Notes: a model not told the origin generated them from the letters alone. Shown: positions 18,982 to 29,621, counted from the stretch's first letter. The stretch is DNA of 64,000 nt from a virus (IMGVR_UViG_3300041411_000102:1-64000); one strand, 5' to 3'. Made by a program: numbers and translations.

Positions 18982-19173
18982 TCATTTGAAATTCTCCAAG
19001 AATTCTTCGTCAGTTGGGATTGTTTGCATATGATCAGAAATATTAATTACATTAGTAGCTTCGACTTCTGGTTGGTTCAGTAGTTCGAGCACTTTATCAA
19101 CCTTCATTTCCAAAGTTGCAATCTTAATACTCAATTCGGTGAAAAGAAATTCTTTGGTAATTTTGTTAGTCAT
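18982..19173 (-). CDS. Hypothetical small protein
   Basis: Internal ATG (MTNKIT) preferred. The tracked start is at 19218. Confidence 0.4.
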   Translation of the reverse strand: MTNKITKEFLFTELSIKIATLEMKVDKVLELLNQPEVEATNVINISDHMQTIPTDEEFLENFK

Positions 19174-19372
19174 TTTTATATCTCCAATGAGTAATACTTT
19201 GAAGCTCAAATTTACCACATTTAGTAAACCACTTAGGACCGGTTGTAGTACGAGCTAGAAAACCAATATCTTCGAAACCAGAGTTTGAGTTCTTTACATG
19301 TACATCATCTGTTGTACAGCCATAAGCTTGTGTTTCTTCTGGCAAACCATCTTCAACACTAATCCAAACCAT
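19166..19372 (-). CDS. Hypothetical small protein
   Basis: Tracked ORF. Confidence 0.4.
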   Translation of the reverse strand: MVWISVEDGLPEETQAYGCTTDDVHVKNSNSGFEDIGFLARTTTGPKWFTKCGKFELQSITHWRYKND

Positions 19373-19886
19373 TCTTCAATACCTCCCTTACAGCATCTCG
19401 CCTAGCCTGTGGATTCTTAGCAACCTTAATTCCTCGGTCACTAAGCCATTTATCAATTTGTGCAGCTTTCATTTTCATAATAATTAATACCTCTTTTTCA
19501 ACAAACGCAGATTGGATGTCAATCCCCAAACGTTGACTTAGAGAAACCGCCGCGTGGCAGTCAGGACACAACTCTCTGATATCATCGAACGTGACCCATA
19601 GTATCATTTTAGACCATTCACAAAAGCTTGTCCAGTCTTTAAAGCCATATCCGCCATGTAGGTGGTCTACCTCGCAAGATCTGTGTTGCTTACCACACAT
19701 TTCGCAGTCTGAAACCCAAACATCTTTACCAAACTTACCTACGGGAGCCTTGTAGCGGCGAGACATCTTGTAAGCAATTTTCACAGGTGCCCTAGACCAG
19801 ATACGTCGAATCTGAGAGCGAAGCCAATTGAAGTAAGCTTTTTCATCCTTGAAAATATGAGGTACATCATCCCAAGGGTTACTCAT
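19359..19886 (-). CDS. Endonuclease VII-like His-Me finger protein, a possible Holliday-junction resolvase
   Basis: 'CEMC-x9-VDHLHG-...-LCPDCH' matches the T4 endonuclease VII pattern CxxC...DHDH...CxxC. Confidence 0.45.
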   Translation of the reverse strand: MSNPWDDVPHIFKDEKAYFNWLRSQIRRIWSRAPVKIAYKMSRRYKAPVGKFGKDVWVSDCEMCGKQHRSCEVDHLHGGYGFKDWTSFCEWSKMILWVTFDDIRELCPDCHAAVSLSQRLGIDIQSAFVEKEVLIIMKMKAAQIDKWLSDRGIKVAKNPQARRDAVREVLKNGLD

Positions 19887-20815
19887 TCCAAATACCTACC
19901 CATATCCCACTTATCTTTATGTTCTCTTAGAAGGTAAAGAAAGAATCCGTTTTCATTCAAACGATCTTGCCAGTCCTCTTCCCATGCAGCGGAGTAGCAC
20001 TCATAAACTCTTTGTGCCAAATCACGCTCAGTTTTACAGTCAGCAAGTAGCTTCACAGATGTTGCTGGACCTACGCCTTTAACTTTAATCCCAAACCGCT
20101 CTCTTGTGATATCGGAGAGCTTTTCAATACCGGGGATTGCATCAGCCCCGTCACCAGTTAGGAGTTGTGTAGCAAAGTTATAGGACTGTTGGAATCCGTC
20201 GTTCCAAAAGATTCCTTTCTCTGGTTTAAAATAATTGTGTATCCAACCACGAGAATTTGCAAACAGATCTTTATCACAGGCCGAAAGAATAACATTTGCA
20301 TCGTCTTTATTTTTAGACTTTAAAGCCTTTGTGTAACTTTCCCAAGCGTAGATGTTGCACACATCGTCAGTTTCTTTTGATACAGCTTCAACCAACTGTG
20401 CTTTATACTTCTTGGTGACAAACTCCCTACACTCTTCAAACAATAAAGGTTTAGGTGGGCGACCTGACTTGTACTGAACATATTTCGATTCAAAGTCTTT
20501 ACGGAAGTTCCCTTCACCTTCAATACAAATTTTATAGTCTGTACAATCAGTTGCGTCAAGAATGTTCTCAATCTTTTGTTTGATTGATTGAAATGCAAAT
20601 CTTGTTTCACCGATTACAGAGCTAATTGTTTGAAACTCAAATTCATCTTTAGCCCACTTGTCTTGTGATTTAATCCAATCATTGAAAGCTGTCTTTGAGT
20701 CAAACAGCTTCTCACGACCCGATGCTTTGTGGATAACATTACATTCATTCTTTTGATGCATTGCTGCTGAACTATACACGATCGTATCCGTATCTAGTAC
20801 TAAGAGCTTTGACAT
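19883..20815 (-). CDS. 5'-3' exonuclease / flap endonuclease (T7 gp6/FEN-like)
   Basis: 'TGDGADAIPGIEK' plus an H3TH motif 'GVGPATSVKLL'. N-terminal PIN-like acidic residues. Confidence 0.75.
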   Translation of the reverse strand: MSKLLVLDTDTIVYSSAAMHQKNECNVIHKASGREKLFDSKTAFNDWIKSQDKWAKDEFEFQTISSVIGETRFAFQSIKQKIENILDATDCTDYKICIEGEGNFRKDFESKYVQYKSGRPPKPLLFEECREFVTKKYKAQLVEAVSKETDDVCNIYAWESYTKALKSKNKDDANVILSACDKDLFANSRGWIHNYFKPEKGIFWNDGFQQSYNFATQLLTGDGADAIPGIEKLSDITRERFGIKVKGVGPATSVKLLADCKTERDLAQRVYECYSAAWEEDWQDRLNENGFFLYLLREHKDKWDMGRYLE

Positions 20816-20821
20816 TCAACC

Positions 20822-20853
20822 TCCTAAAAAGAAAGCCGGGTATTTCACCGGCT
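20822..20853 (-). terminator. Intra-operon terminator on the minus strand
   Basis: Minus-strand stem GCCGG-loop8-CCGGC followed by TTTCTTTTT. Confidence 0.5.
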
Positions 20854-20859
20854 CATTTA

Positions 20860-21564
20860 TTAATAGTAGATTTCAAGACTAGACAACAATCGTTCTTCTA
20901 CCAACCCCTTCCATTTCAAGGAAAGCTGATTCATTTGTTTACGTTTTTCAATAAAGTAAGCAGTAGATGCCTCCTCCTTTGTATCAAATGTTCCAAGATA
21001 TACTTTTGCACAACCAGACATGAACTTATCACCGGAGCGGGTTTTAGTATAACCTTTGGCTTTCCTAGTGTTCACGACCGCATTGTTAATTTCTCTTGGT
21101 ACAAAAGCACAAAACTCTGGACCATATACTTTGTTACCTTTAAGGATGATGTCTTTATCAATAGCCCATTTATCTTCCTTGAACCCTTTCTGCCACTGGC
21201 ACCACTCAGCAAACTCTTGGAAGTTGTACCATTGAGGGTCAACTTCACAACCCAAGTAAGGCTTATTATGTCCTCCGTAGCACCTATTAAAAATACCCAT
21301 CCAAAGAGTATAGGCTTTATTTTCATTGGAACCTACATACGGTCCCTGTACCATGAAACCTCTCCCAAACAACAAAGGTTTCATCCTGTCCCGTACAGTT
21401 TTCCTAAGTATATGCCCGCTTTGTGTGGTTGTTTCATAGCCAGTATCAAGAAACTTTAACGTTACTGACATCACACCATTGTAAGCTGTGACTTCAGCTT
21501 TGCCGTCAGGAAGATCCACAACTTGACCAACAACTAGTTTTGATTTTGTACCATTATACCCCAT
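20860..21564 (-). CDS. Homing-endonuclease-like protein, paralogue 2
   Basis: Family motifs 'WAIDKDIILKGNKVYGPEFCAFVP'. Confidence 0.55.
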   Translation of the reverse strand: MGYNGTKSKLVVGQVVDLPDGKAEVTAYNGVMSVTLKFLDTGYETTTQSGHILRKTVRDRMKPLLFGRGFMVQGPYVGSNENKAYTLWMGIFNRCYGGHNKPYLGCEVDPQWYNFQEFAEWCQWQKGFKEDKWAIDKDIILKGNKVYGPEFCAFVPREINNAVVNTRKAKGYTKTRSGDKFMSGCAKVYLGTFDTKEEASTAYFIEKRKQMNQLSLKWKGLVEERLLSSLEIYY

Positions 21565-21817
21565 TGTCTTCGGTCAGCTCCTGATATTTCTTAAATACTG
21601 CATCAGCAGCTTCTTTCTTCTCTAGAAAATCATCCTTAGCTTTCAACTTACTAGCACCGTGGATATTCTTAATATCTTCTTTTGCCAAACCTTGCGGGTT
21701 TGTGTCTTCGTCATACTTACTGTCAGCCTTCAACTGATTGATGTCAGCGGTAAGAGTAAGCTTTTGGGACTCAAGATCAGTCAGACGATCATAAAGTTCT
21801 TTCTGGGAAATGCTCAT
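21554..21817 (-). CDS. Hypothetical coiled-coil protein
   Basis: Tracked ORF. Confidence 0.45.
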   Translation of the reverse strand: MSISQKELYDRLTDLESQKLTLTADINQLKADSKYDEDTNPQGLAKEDIKNIHGASKLKAKDDFLEKKEAADAVFKKYQELTEDNGV

Positions 21818-21884
21818 TGTGTTTCTCTCCGGTAATTTTAATTTATTTAAAAGGTTTGAGACTTCCTTGTCTCATGTGTTTAGA

Positions 21885-22577
21885 TCAGAAAGGGAGCAAA
21901 TCTTGCTCTTCTTCATCCAGTTCCACAGGCGCTGGTTTAGCCTTCGGTGCTGCTGAAGGAGCTTCCTCTTCAGCAGGCTTAGCCTCAGCTTTTTTAACTT
22001 TGTAGCTACCCATAACATCATCAACAACTTCATCCGAGGAAGTGCGGCCCTCATAAGGAATGTGCTCAACTACTTGCACAGTATCCAGAGTAACGGTCAG
22101 TTGACCTTCAGGATTACGATAGCCGAACAACTTCAAAGTACAAACTGAACCATTCCCAATATCCTGAGTGAATGCCTGACCATCTTTGTCAATAACATTG
22201 ACAGTCATTGGGTTGCCTTTTTTGCTAAACTCAGGCTTTGCCAAACCAAAGCCGTACATACCTTCTACAACATCGTAGTTAGTCTTACCCTCTTCAACAT
22301 CCTTGGACAAAGGATATTTAATCCGACGCGGTGGCTTAGTAGTCTTGTCCTTACCTACAAGAGCAAAGCCTTTGTTCAACATCACTTCGTCCAGCAACTT
22401 ATCCTTAGTGGCTTCATCCACAAACGCTGTCAGACTAAACTCTTTGTCAGTCGATTGATACTTAGATTTCGGAGTATGTACAGCAGCATAGAACACAGGA
22501 GCATTCAGTACATATACGTTAAAAGTTTCCAAAGTACCGCTTTTAGGAAGTTGCTTAACAATTACAGAAGTAGTCAT
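21885..22577 (-). CDS. Single-stranded DNA-binding protein, T7 gp2.5-like
   Basis: Acidic C-terminal tail ending in Phe ('DEEEQDLLPF') and an OB-fold-sized core. Sits in the replication block. Confidence 0.6.
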   Translation of the reverse strand: MTTSVIVKQLPKSGTLETFNVYVLNAPVFYAAVHTPKSKYQSTDKEFSLTAFVDEATKDKLLDEVMLNKGFALVGKDKTTKPPRRIKYPLSKDVEEGKTNYDVVEGMYGFGLAKPEFSKKGNPMTVNVIDKDGQAFTQDIGNGSVCTLKLFGYRNPEGQLTVTLDTVQVVEHIPYEGRTSSDEVVDDVMGSYKVKKAEAKPAEEEAPSAAPKAKPAPVELDEEEQDLLPF

Positions 22578-22672
22578 ATTTAATTTTCTCTATTAAGTTG
22601 TGTATAGTTTTGTTCACATTATTGTGAGGGATTGATTCTTACGAATCGTTATCTACGTTTCCGTAAATTCTT

Positions 22673-22987
22673 TTACATAAAGCCTAAGGCAATATAACCA
22701 AAGCCTAGAGCCAGAAGTGGAGCAAGGAAGTATACAGCAAGTTGAGACTTCCACGCATCTTTATCTTCTTTATTTTGTTGTAGACCACGAGTACCAAGAA
22801 TCAAGCCAGTGACACAAGTAAAACCGTAAGCATGTGCTACACCAATTGATTTAACACCTAGAGGAACTAGGAACCAACCCCACAAGATTGACAGTGCCCA
22901 TGCCCAATATACTGCTAGGAAACCAATTGCAACGAGTGCTAATACAACGATAGCGATGATAGCAAGAATCTTTAGTGCTGTACTCAT
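22673..22987 (-). CDS. Small integral membrane protein with 3-4 TM helices
   Basis: Hydrophobic over most of its 104 aa. Confidence 0.5.
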   Translation of the reverse strand: MSTALKILAIIAIVVLALVAIGFLAVYWAWALSILWGWFLVPLGVKSIGVAHAYGFTCVTGLILGTRGLQQNKEDKDAWKSQLAVYFLAPLLALGFGYIALGFM

Positions 22988-23001
22988 TTATTTCTCCTTA
23001 A

Positions 23002-23268
23002 TTAGTGTTTAGTTGGTTCAGTTTTCTTCTTAGCCACCTTAATCTCTGTCACATTCCCAGCTTCTTCATTCTCAAAAGGGCTTTCGCCCGACAGATGATC
23101 ACCAAACAACTGACTATCAACAAAGCTCTTTACAGCCTGATTCATAGCATCACGTTTACTGGATTCCCAAAGTAGAAAGTCTTGAATATCTGAGAAGACA
23201 TATTCTACAGTAGAAATTGATGCATCACCAACTTTTTCTACAGTATCGCGAAGGGTTACACTGCCCAT
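23002..23268 (-). CDS. Hypothetical protein
   Basis: Tracked ORF. Confidence 0.45.
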   Translation of the reverse strand: MGSVTLRDTVEKVGDASISTVEYVFSDIQDFLLWESSKRDAMNQAVKSFVDSQLFGDHLSGESPFENEEAGNVTEIKVAKKKTEPTKH

Positions 23269-23489
23269 TATCGCACCTGTTTGCTAGCAATACGAGCGAA
23301 CTCTTCTTGATAGATCTTCACAGACTTATTCCCGTTAGCTTTCAAGTCGCGGAGATATGAGCGGGCTTGCTCGCGTGTTTCGACTTCTGCATAGATAGTG
23401 GTGTCATCTGCTACGGTGTATTGAATCTTAGTTTGCATTTTGTTTATCCTCAGTTTAAAACAATTCAATACGTTGTTCAAGAACTTCAT
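23268..23489 (-). CDS. Hypothetical protein
   Basis: Tracked ORF. Confidence 0.45.
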   Translation of the reverse strand: MKFLNNVLNCFKLRINKMQTKIQYTVADDTTIYAEVETREQARSYLRDLKANGNKSVKIYQEEFARIASKQVR

Positions 23490-23646
23490 AGTAATCTTCC
23501 ATTACTTGCGATTGGAAGAAAAGAAGGTCACGCTCTTTCTCTGGAAGCCCTTTATAAAAATCTGTTCCAATAAAGGTTAACAGTTTTTCAAGCCGTTCAC
23601 CAAGCTCATTTTTCTCATCTACGACACGTTGCTGATGTGGTTGCAT
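23455..23646 (-). CDS. Hypothetical protein
   Basis: Tracked ORF. Confidence 0.4.
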   Translation of the reverse strand: MQPHQQRVVDEKNELGERLEKLLTFIGTDFYKGLPEKERDLLFFQSQVMEDYYEVLEQRIELF

Positions 23647-23742
23647 CTCTTCTCTCCTTTACAATTTAATTTGTACTATCTATTCTCGCATGATTTATTG
23701 GGTTTGTACAGCGGTATTTTCAGGTATTTTGGATTTGTTTGA

Positions 23743-25887
23743 TTAGTGGATCTCAGAATACCGCTTACCTGATTGAGTCTCGCACCCCAGCAGTCGTCTC
23801 AGTTTATATGTTTCATTTACTTTGTCAACTGCTTCTTTGATGATTTTAGTGAATTCTGCTTTAAATTTATCGCTGTCTTTCACGCACAGAATGCACTCAT
23901 CATGAAATGAGCCTGTCAAAGTTTTATTTCCGTATCGCTTTTCTGTTTCCGTGAGAATATTATCAACCCACATATCAAAGAAATATGAGCCTGTCCCTTG
24001 TGCCAATGTGGAGAATCGATCTGACTCTTTACGAAGTGCATAGCAAAATCCATTGATAGGATTTACAAGCCACTTATGTCCACGGCTGTCTCGGATTACA
24101 CATTGATCCTCTGCAATAGCCTTTACAGACCAATTAAGTTTCCAATAAGCCTCATGCAAAGCTTTACCTTCTTTCAGGCTTACACCTGCTGCCTGTGCGA
24201 TCTTAGCAGCTCCTGCGTTGTACACACTTGCATAGTTGGTAGTCTTACCTTTCTTACGGGCAGCTTTAGCATTTGCAGACTTAATTCCTTTCTTAAAGTC
24301 TTCATACTCTTTTCTTGTCACCATACCAGCAGTAAGAGCCATCAAAATATGTGGATCGTAGTCTTCTTCTTGCATTGTAGCTACATACTCAGGGTCATAT
24401 GGTAGCATAAGGCCATGTTTCACACGATCCTCCAGCGAGGACATATCGCTGCCAAGTAAGCACTTACCATCGCCAGCAATTAAAACCCCACGAATTTCCT
24501 TTCCATATGCCTTGTCAATCCCGGCCAGATTTACCAGTTCCCGATGCATTACACGCAAAGTATTAGTAAAGCCACCAATACGAGCTTGCAACCACTTCCC
24601 ATTCTTCAGGTCACGGATAAACCCTTTAATTACCCCTAGTCGATGTTTGGCTACGTTGTACTCCGCATACTTACGAATTTCTGGAACTTGCTCAGCCAAC
24701 TCTAATACGGATTCACACAACTCTTTACCATCGTCGCCGCCAACTGTAATCTGAGGAATTGCACGCTCTTCAGGTTTGCTATCTTTCCATTCAGTCCACT
24801 TGCTGTGATGACTGCCTTCTTTTGGTTTTCTGGCAATCCAAGCATTAAACTTTTCTTCATCCTTCTCATACTTGAAACTGATTGGCGACCAACCATGAGA
24901 ATAAAGTAGGTTTTTCACTTGGATAGGTGATGATGCACTTGGTTCCTCGTAACCGTTTAATACCTTAAAAACCCCCTTAACTTCTGTTGTTTGCACCCGC
25001 AAAGTACCGAACTCATCAACCTCTTGAGCTTCAAACACTTCCATCAACTCTTTCCACTTAATACCAATTGCAGAAAGAGAGCCGTCCTTCTTGAAAGGTT
25101 TCTTTGGAGCTTCCTTTTTCGTATATTGAGGAACTTTAGGCATAGCACTTTCAAGTTCATCTTTTGCTGCATTACAAATCACTTCAAGTTTGGCTTCTGT
25201 TTCAAGGAGTAAGTCAACGTCAACTTCCCACATTGTCTTCTCTTGAAGCCTTGCACAATCCATCTTAAACATTAGGAAAGTCAGAAGACGATTAATATGC
25301 TCTTCTACAGACAATCCTACAAGGGCATCAATTGCCAACACTTCACTATCAGAAATCCTTTTGCCACCAACAGCTCCAGCATCAATCTCTGTCTTGGCTG
25401 TTGTGTAGATTTCAATCAGACGTTTTTTAAGATCCTTCCAAAGTGCTTGGTTAATCTCAACGTCCTTGATTACTCGATTTTCATACACTTCATAGGGTTG
25501 TTCATTCCAATCCTCAACTGCTGGTTTCTCAATTCCATAATCCTCATGGAATGTACCCAAGCCATGAGTTCGTCTCTCAAAATTCAGATACCAACTGACG
25601 GCCAAGGAATCAATCAACATCAACTTTGACAAATCAATATTGAAAAGCTTTTCCATCAGCGGTACGTCGAATGAGATGCCATTGTGCATTACAATAGGAA
25701 TTTCATTGTCAATGTGCCATTGGAAGAACTTAACAATGCGCTCTGACTCTGTTGCCCCATTAAAAACTTTTACTTCCTTCATATTCATCTGGAAACCAAG
25801 AACATGAAGCTTTGTGGCTACATCTAGGAAGCCGTCACTTTCCAAGTCTGCGACTGTTGCTTGTTTCCAGTTATAAATATTTTTCAA
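23743..25887 (-). CDS. Family-A DNA polymerase with 3'-5' exonuclease (T7 gp5-like)
   Basis: Exo I 'DLESDG' and Exo II 'HNGISFD'. Polymerase motif A 'GSDMSSLEDR', motif B 'RKKGKTTNYASVYNAG' and motif C 'SFHDEC'. Confidence 0.85.
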   Translation of the reverse strand: MKNIYNWKQATVADLESDGFLDVATKLHVLGFQMNMKEVKVFNGATESERIVKFFQWHIDNEIPIVMHNGISFDVPLMEKLFNIDLSKLMLIDSLAVSWYLNFERRTHGLGTFHEDYGIEKPAVEDWNEQPYEVYENRVIKDVEINQALWKDLKKRLIEIYTTAKTEIDAGAVGGKRISDSEVLAIDALVGLSVEEHINRLLTFLMFKMDCARLQEKTMWEVDVDLLLETEAKLEVICNAAKDELESAMPKVPQYTKKEAPKKPFKKDGSLSAIGIKWKELMEVFEAQEVDEFGTLRVQTTEVKGVFKVLNGYEEPSASSPIQVKNLLYSHGWSPISFKYEKDEEKFNAWIARKPKEGSHHSKWTEWKDSKPEERAIPQITVGGDDGKELCESVLELAEQVPEIRKYAEYNVAKHRLGVIKGFIRDLKNGKWLQARIGGFTNTLRVMHRELVNLAGIDKAYGKEIRGVLIAGDGKCLLGSDMSSLEDRVKHGLMLPYDPEYVATMQEEDYDPHILMALTAGMVTRKEYEDFKKGIKSANAKAARKKGKTTNYASVYNAGAAKIAQAAGVSLKEGKALHEAYWKLNWSVKAIAEDQCVIRDSRGHKWLVNPINGFCYALRKESDRFSTLAQGTGSYFFDMWVDNILTETEKRYGNKTLTGSFHDECILCVKDSDKFKAEFTKIIKEAVDKVNETYKLRRLLGCETQSGKRYSEIH

Positions 25888-25899
25888 AACTTAGCTCCT

Positions 25900-27609
25900 T
25901 TATAGTGAGTCGCCTTCCCACTCATATTGGAGGAGAAGACCTGTATCTTTTTGGTACTGAGTTTTAAACTTATCTTCCCCGCCGTATGTACGGTTTTTAA
26001 TACAAGAAATAAAGCTATTAGATTTCAAATCTCCTTGGGCATGCTTGTTACGCTCAAAGCCCATGATCACAGAGAAGGCACGCATAATACCACGACTGCC
26101 TGTCAGTTGGGAAGCCAAAACTTCACCACCATTTTCATGGTCACGAGAATCTTTTCCTTTTGGGGGATTCAAGTGGCTATACAAGTCAATGTGAATATCA
26201 AGCTCTGCTGCAAGGTTAGCCAACTCACTCGACCATTTGTTAATAAATTCGTTAGCTTCCCCACTTGTTAGATGGTCTACCAAACGAGTCATGTTGTCGA
26301 GTGCGTGGAATCTTACCCCATACTCCATTGTGTTATAACGGATAGCTTTAACAATCTCCTCAATATTAAAGCGATTGTGTGCAGCTTGTCCATCACTTTC
26401 CCACAAGAACAGTTTACCTTCAAGACCATAGGCTGTCTCTAGGTACTGTTCTCGGTGCAGCTCATGAATAGCCGGGACATGGTAAGGAATACCATCAATT
26501 TTACCTGCCATGTTGTAAAGTGTAGATTTGTTTGATTCTTCCAAAAGAATAGCAAATACTTTTTCGTTATGCTCTGTAATGTTGTGTGCATGTTTCATGT
26601 GGGCAATCAGTGTTTTACCCAAACCAACACCTGCTGCTGTACAAGATGCCTCACCAAATACTTGACTGCAATTAATGTCTGTCAGAAACTGCCAAGGATA
26701 CGACAAGCCCGGTTTAGGTGGGGTGTCATCACGAGACATTACAGTACTTACACCAACAACACCCTCAGTCACTGGTTTCGCACTTTTCCAAATACAGAAA
26801 TCAGCAAACAAGTCCCCATCACCTTTCAACAATGCTTCGTTAGCATCCTTGGCGTTAGTTGGGTAAACAGCAACTTTTACATCTGGAAGAATTTTCTGTA
26901 CATCTTTTACAGCTTTCTTACCAGCTTCATCGTTATCAAAGACTAGCACTGTCTCTGTAAAAAACTTATCAATCTCTTTACGCATACGCCCAAGAGTTGT
27001 TACAGCACTTCCAACACCGTGGGGCAAACTTACAACTGCAAACTTATTCCACTGACTTTTACGTTTGGCCGCATGAGCCTCTAGCATCATCTCTAGTGCT
27101 CGACAGTCATTTTCGCCTTCCGTCACATACAAACGTTTTACACCAGACTTCTTGGCAATCTCCCAGTTAAATAGATCAGCACCTTTAATATCACCAATAG
27201 ACCACATTGCCTTTTTATCGAGCATAATAGCTTTGTAGCCTACAAGCTTACCCTCAAATGTATAGGGGAAGTTTAGAGTGAACGGTGTTTTACCATCATA
27301 TTCACTGTAAGCCAACTTTACGCCAGAGCGAGCAAAGTACTCTGCTGAAATACCCCGATGATCCTCACGAGGAGACTTGAGATTACGAATCTCTTGAATC
27401 TCTTCTTCAATTTCATCTTCACTTTTACGCTTTGGGGGCTTAGGTTGTTTTCCATTATATGGATCAAAAACATACGCCTCAAGGCCACGAGCAGCACAGG
27501 AAAAACAGTATCCTGTAAAGATGTTTTTGCCATCATCGTAAAAAACTTGCAAACCCTTGTCAGACGTGCAATGTGGTACATCATGTTTCAATCGTTCTAC
27601 ACAGGCCAA
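25900..27609 (-). CDS. Bifunctional primase-helicase (T7 gp4-like)
   Basis: N-terminal Cys4 zinc ribbon, TOPRIM 'VTEGENDCRAL', and DnaB-type Walker A 'GVGLGKT'. Confidence 0.85.
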   Translation of the reverse strand: MACVERLKHDVPHCTSDKGLQVFYDDGKNIFTGYCFSCAARGLEAYVFDPYNGKQPKPPKRKSEDEIEEEIQEIRNLKSPREDHRGISAEYFARSGVKLAYSEYDGKTPFTLNFPYTFEGKLVGYKAIMLDKKAMWSIGDIKGADLFNWEIAKKSGVKRLYVTEGENDCRALEMMLEAHAAKRKSQWNKFAVVSLPHGVGSAVTTLGRMRKEIDKFFTETVLVFDNDEAGKKAVKDVQKILPDVKVAVYPTNAKDANEALLKGDGDLFADFCIWKSAKPVTEGVVGVSTVMSRDDTPPKPGLSYPWQFLTDINCSQVFGEASCTAAGVGLGKTLIAHMKHAHNITEHNEKVFAILLEESNKSTLYNMAGKIDGIPYHVPAIHELHREQYLETAYGLEGKLFLWESDGQAAHNRFNIEEIVKAIRYNTMEYGVRFHALDNMTRLVDHLTSGEANEFINKWSSELANLAAELDIHIDLYSHLNPPKGKDSRDHENGGEVLASQLTGSRGIMRAFSVIMGFERNKHAQGDLKSNSFISCIKNRTYGGEDKFKTQYQKDTGLLLQYEWEGDSL

Positions 27610-27627
27610 TTTATCTCTCCTATTAAT

Positions 27628-28389
27628 TTAAATCAGAAACTCTTTAAGTTTAGTGATAAGCCTATCATCAACTCTGCCAGCATACAAACCTACAAGTTCA
27701 GAAACCCTGATTTTCTTATAGTCCATATAAGCTTCATATGCCAATTCAGGGGTGGGAAACCTGCCCAGAGCTTTCCTATAACCACCAGCACCACAACCAG
27801 CCTGATAGTTTCCTCTATCTTTTACATAGCTCACACCTGTTGGTAAGTCGTCTGTTTTTGTTGTTGGAATTATAAACAGAGTATTAATCTCTTGAGGTAC
27901 AAATATGCAAACATCTGGACTATAGACTTTACCTGCCGTAACTCCTCCGAGCAGGTCTTTATCCAATTGCCAACCTTTTTCATTAAAACCTACTTGATCT
28001 TGACACCAACCACCAAAATTCTGGAAATTGTGCCATACCTCATCTACAGCACAGCCAACATAAGTCGGGCTTCGTAATGAACTGAGAATACTATAACACC
28101 TCTCCATTGCGCCCTTCCAAAACATATACTCTCTGCCACCAGACTTGTAACCCTCTAAGCTATTTTTGTCGATCCCATAATAACCGACACCAAAAACAGA
28201 ACGAAAGAATGGGTTGGCAACCTCACCCCTTCGTAAATCTCCTGTACTCACAGTCTTAATGTAAGCGTGGTCGTCTTGAAATTGAACAACTACATCGAAT
28301 GCACCATTGTATTCAATAACAACACACTCACAACCTTGGTTTGTTTTAAACCTTTCACCCACTTTGGGTTTATTCATTTTACCCGGCAC
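27628..28389 (-). CDS. Homing-endonuclease-like protein, paralogue 3
   Basis: 'GWQLDKDLLGG..KVYSPDVCIFVPQEIN'. Confidence 0.55.
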   Translation of the reverse strand: MPGKMNKPKVGERFKTNQGCECVVIEYNGAFDVVVQFQDDHAYIKTVSTGDLRRGEVANPFFRSVFGVGYYGIDKNSLEGYKSGGREYMFWKGAMERCYSILSSLRSPTYVGCAVDEVWHNFQNFGGWCQDQVGFNEKGWQLDKDLLGGVTAGKVYSPDVCIFVPQEINTLFIIPTTKTDDLPTGVSYVKDRGNYQAGCGAGGYRKALGRFPTPELAYEAYMDYKKIRVSELVGLYAGRVDDRLITKLKEFLI

Positions 28390-28454
28390 TATCTGCTCCT
28401 TTACTCACACTCTTCTCCCCTCCAACACCCTGCAAAGAGTATTAATCAAATTGC

Positions 28455-28484
28455 TTCAAGAATAGACGTTGTAGTATTCTTGAA
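28455..28484 (-). terminator. Possible hairpin terminator
   Basis: 10 bp inverted repeat TTCAAGAATA/TATTCTTGAA with only weak T-richness downstream. Confidence 0.3.
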
Positions 28485-29418
28485 GTGTGGCGTAATCTTT
28501 CATCAAATCAGCATCCACCTTACCATAAAGAAACGAATAATTATACTCACAATCTCGGAATACCCGTCCGTCAATATCTTCTGATTCATAAGCCAGTTCA
28601 TTAATGGATTCAAAGATTTCTTTATCCTCTTCAGTCACTATCTCAAAATCACTGATTGCATATTGTACACGACCGTAACCATCATTCCAATCATTTCTTG
28701 TGTCTTCCATTGCACGAGCCAGCTTAAAGTACTTATCTTTACTGTCCAACACTTCAAGAACATCAGACCATTCAAAGTCATCGTCAAGATTATACTTAAC
28801 CTGCAACCTCGCTTTAGCCAACACTTCTTTCTTAGCTTTCTCGGTCTTTTCTGCCTCTTGCAGCTCCTTACGGATCGTACCCTTAAGAGTGTCGGCATGA
28901 CGCTTGAACGAATCTTCAGCACTCTTAATTAGCGTTAACATACGGTCTTTCTCATCGCTCACAGGGACATTGCGCTGCAAGTCCCCAAGGTATCCAGCAG
29001 AATGAGTTGTTGTAGTCTTTGTACGTGAACGTTGTGTCTTAAACTCTGATGTACTGTAATTATTTGGAATACCAATGTCCTTCATAATCTGTGTGATCTT
29101 CTCACGCACTTTCAGATTATTTTCAATAGCTGGAATATTAGATTGATGTTCTTCCAATACTTTAGCGCGTTCTTGTTCAGCTTTGGCTAGCAGTGAGGTT
29201 AGTTTAGTATCAACCTCTTCAATAGTTTTAGGGTCACGCTCATAACAGCTGCTTCCGTATTTGAAAGCATTCACTGCATATGTGTTAGCCACAGAAGGCA
29301 TTGTAATTTTATTCAACTTCATCACAGAAGGGATGTTGCTTTCAGCTTTCTTTTCAAGATCAGATACAAGACCCTTCACGAATGTAAAAGCTTCATCGAT
29401 GTTCTTTACGTATTTCAT
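28456..29418 (-). CDS. Hypothetical coiled-coil-rich protein (320 aa)
   Basis: Tracked ORF with K/E-rich helical repeats. Confidence 0.5.
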   Translation of the reverse strand: MKYVKNIDEAFTFVKGLVSDLEKKAESNIPSVMKLNKITMPSVANTYAVNAFKYGSSCYERDPKTIEEVDTKLTSLLAKAEQERAKVLEEHQSNIPAIENNLKVREKITQIMKDIGIPNNYSTSEFKTQRSRTKTTTTHSAGYLGDLQRNVPVSDEKDRMLTLIKSAEDSFKRHADTLKGTIRKELQEAEKTEKAKKEVLAKARLQVKYNLDDDFEWSDVLEVLDSKDKYFKLARAMEDTRNDWNDGYGRVQYAISDFEIVTEEDKEIFESINELAYESEDIDGRVFRDCEYNYSFLYGKVDADLMKDYATLQEYYNVYS

Positions 29419-29621
29419 TTGGCTACCTCCTTCAAAATAAAATATGCACCGTTAACACACGTCACTTTAGGATTGTCAGCAGGACTAACTCTAAAACTTT
29501 TCAGTCCCCCATTGACACTACATTTCTCTTGTCCCTGTGCCCAATCGTTCTCTGTCACAAATGCAAATGCAGAAATCACACCAATGAAAATACCCAGCCC
29601 GAAGAAAATTAACTCGCTCAT
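29415..29621 (-). CDS. Small signal-anchored or secreted protein
   Basis: N-terminal hydrophobic 'LIFFGLGIFIGVISAFAFV'. Confidence 0.45.
   Translation of the reverse strand: MSELIFFGLGIFIGVISAFAFVTENDWAQGQEKCSVNGGLKSFRVSPADNPKVTCVNGAYFILKEVAK

Noticed and set aside
24076-27846. Plus-strand ORFs inside the DNA polymerase and primase-helicase genes
   Set aside because: They lie on the strand antisense to motif-verified genes.
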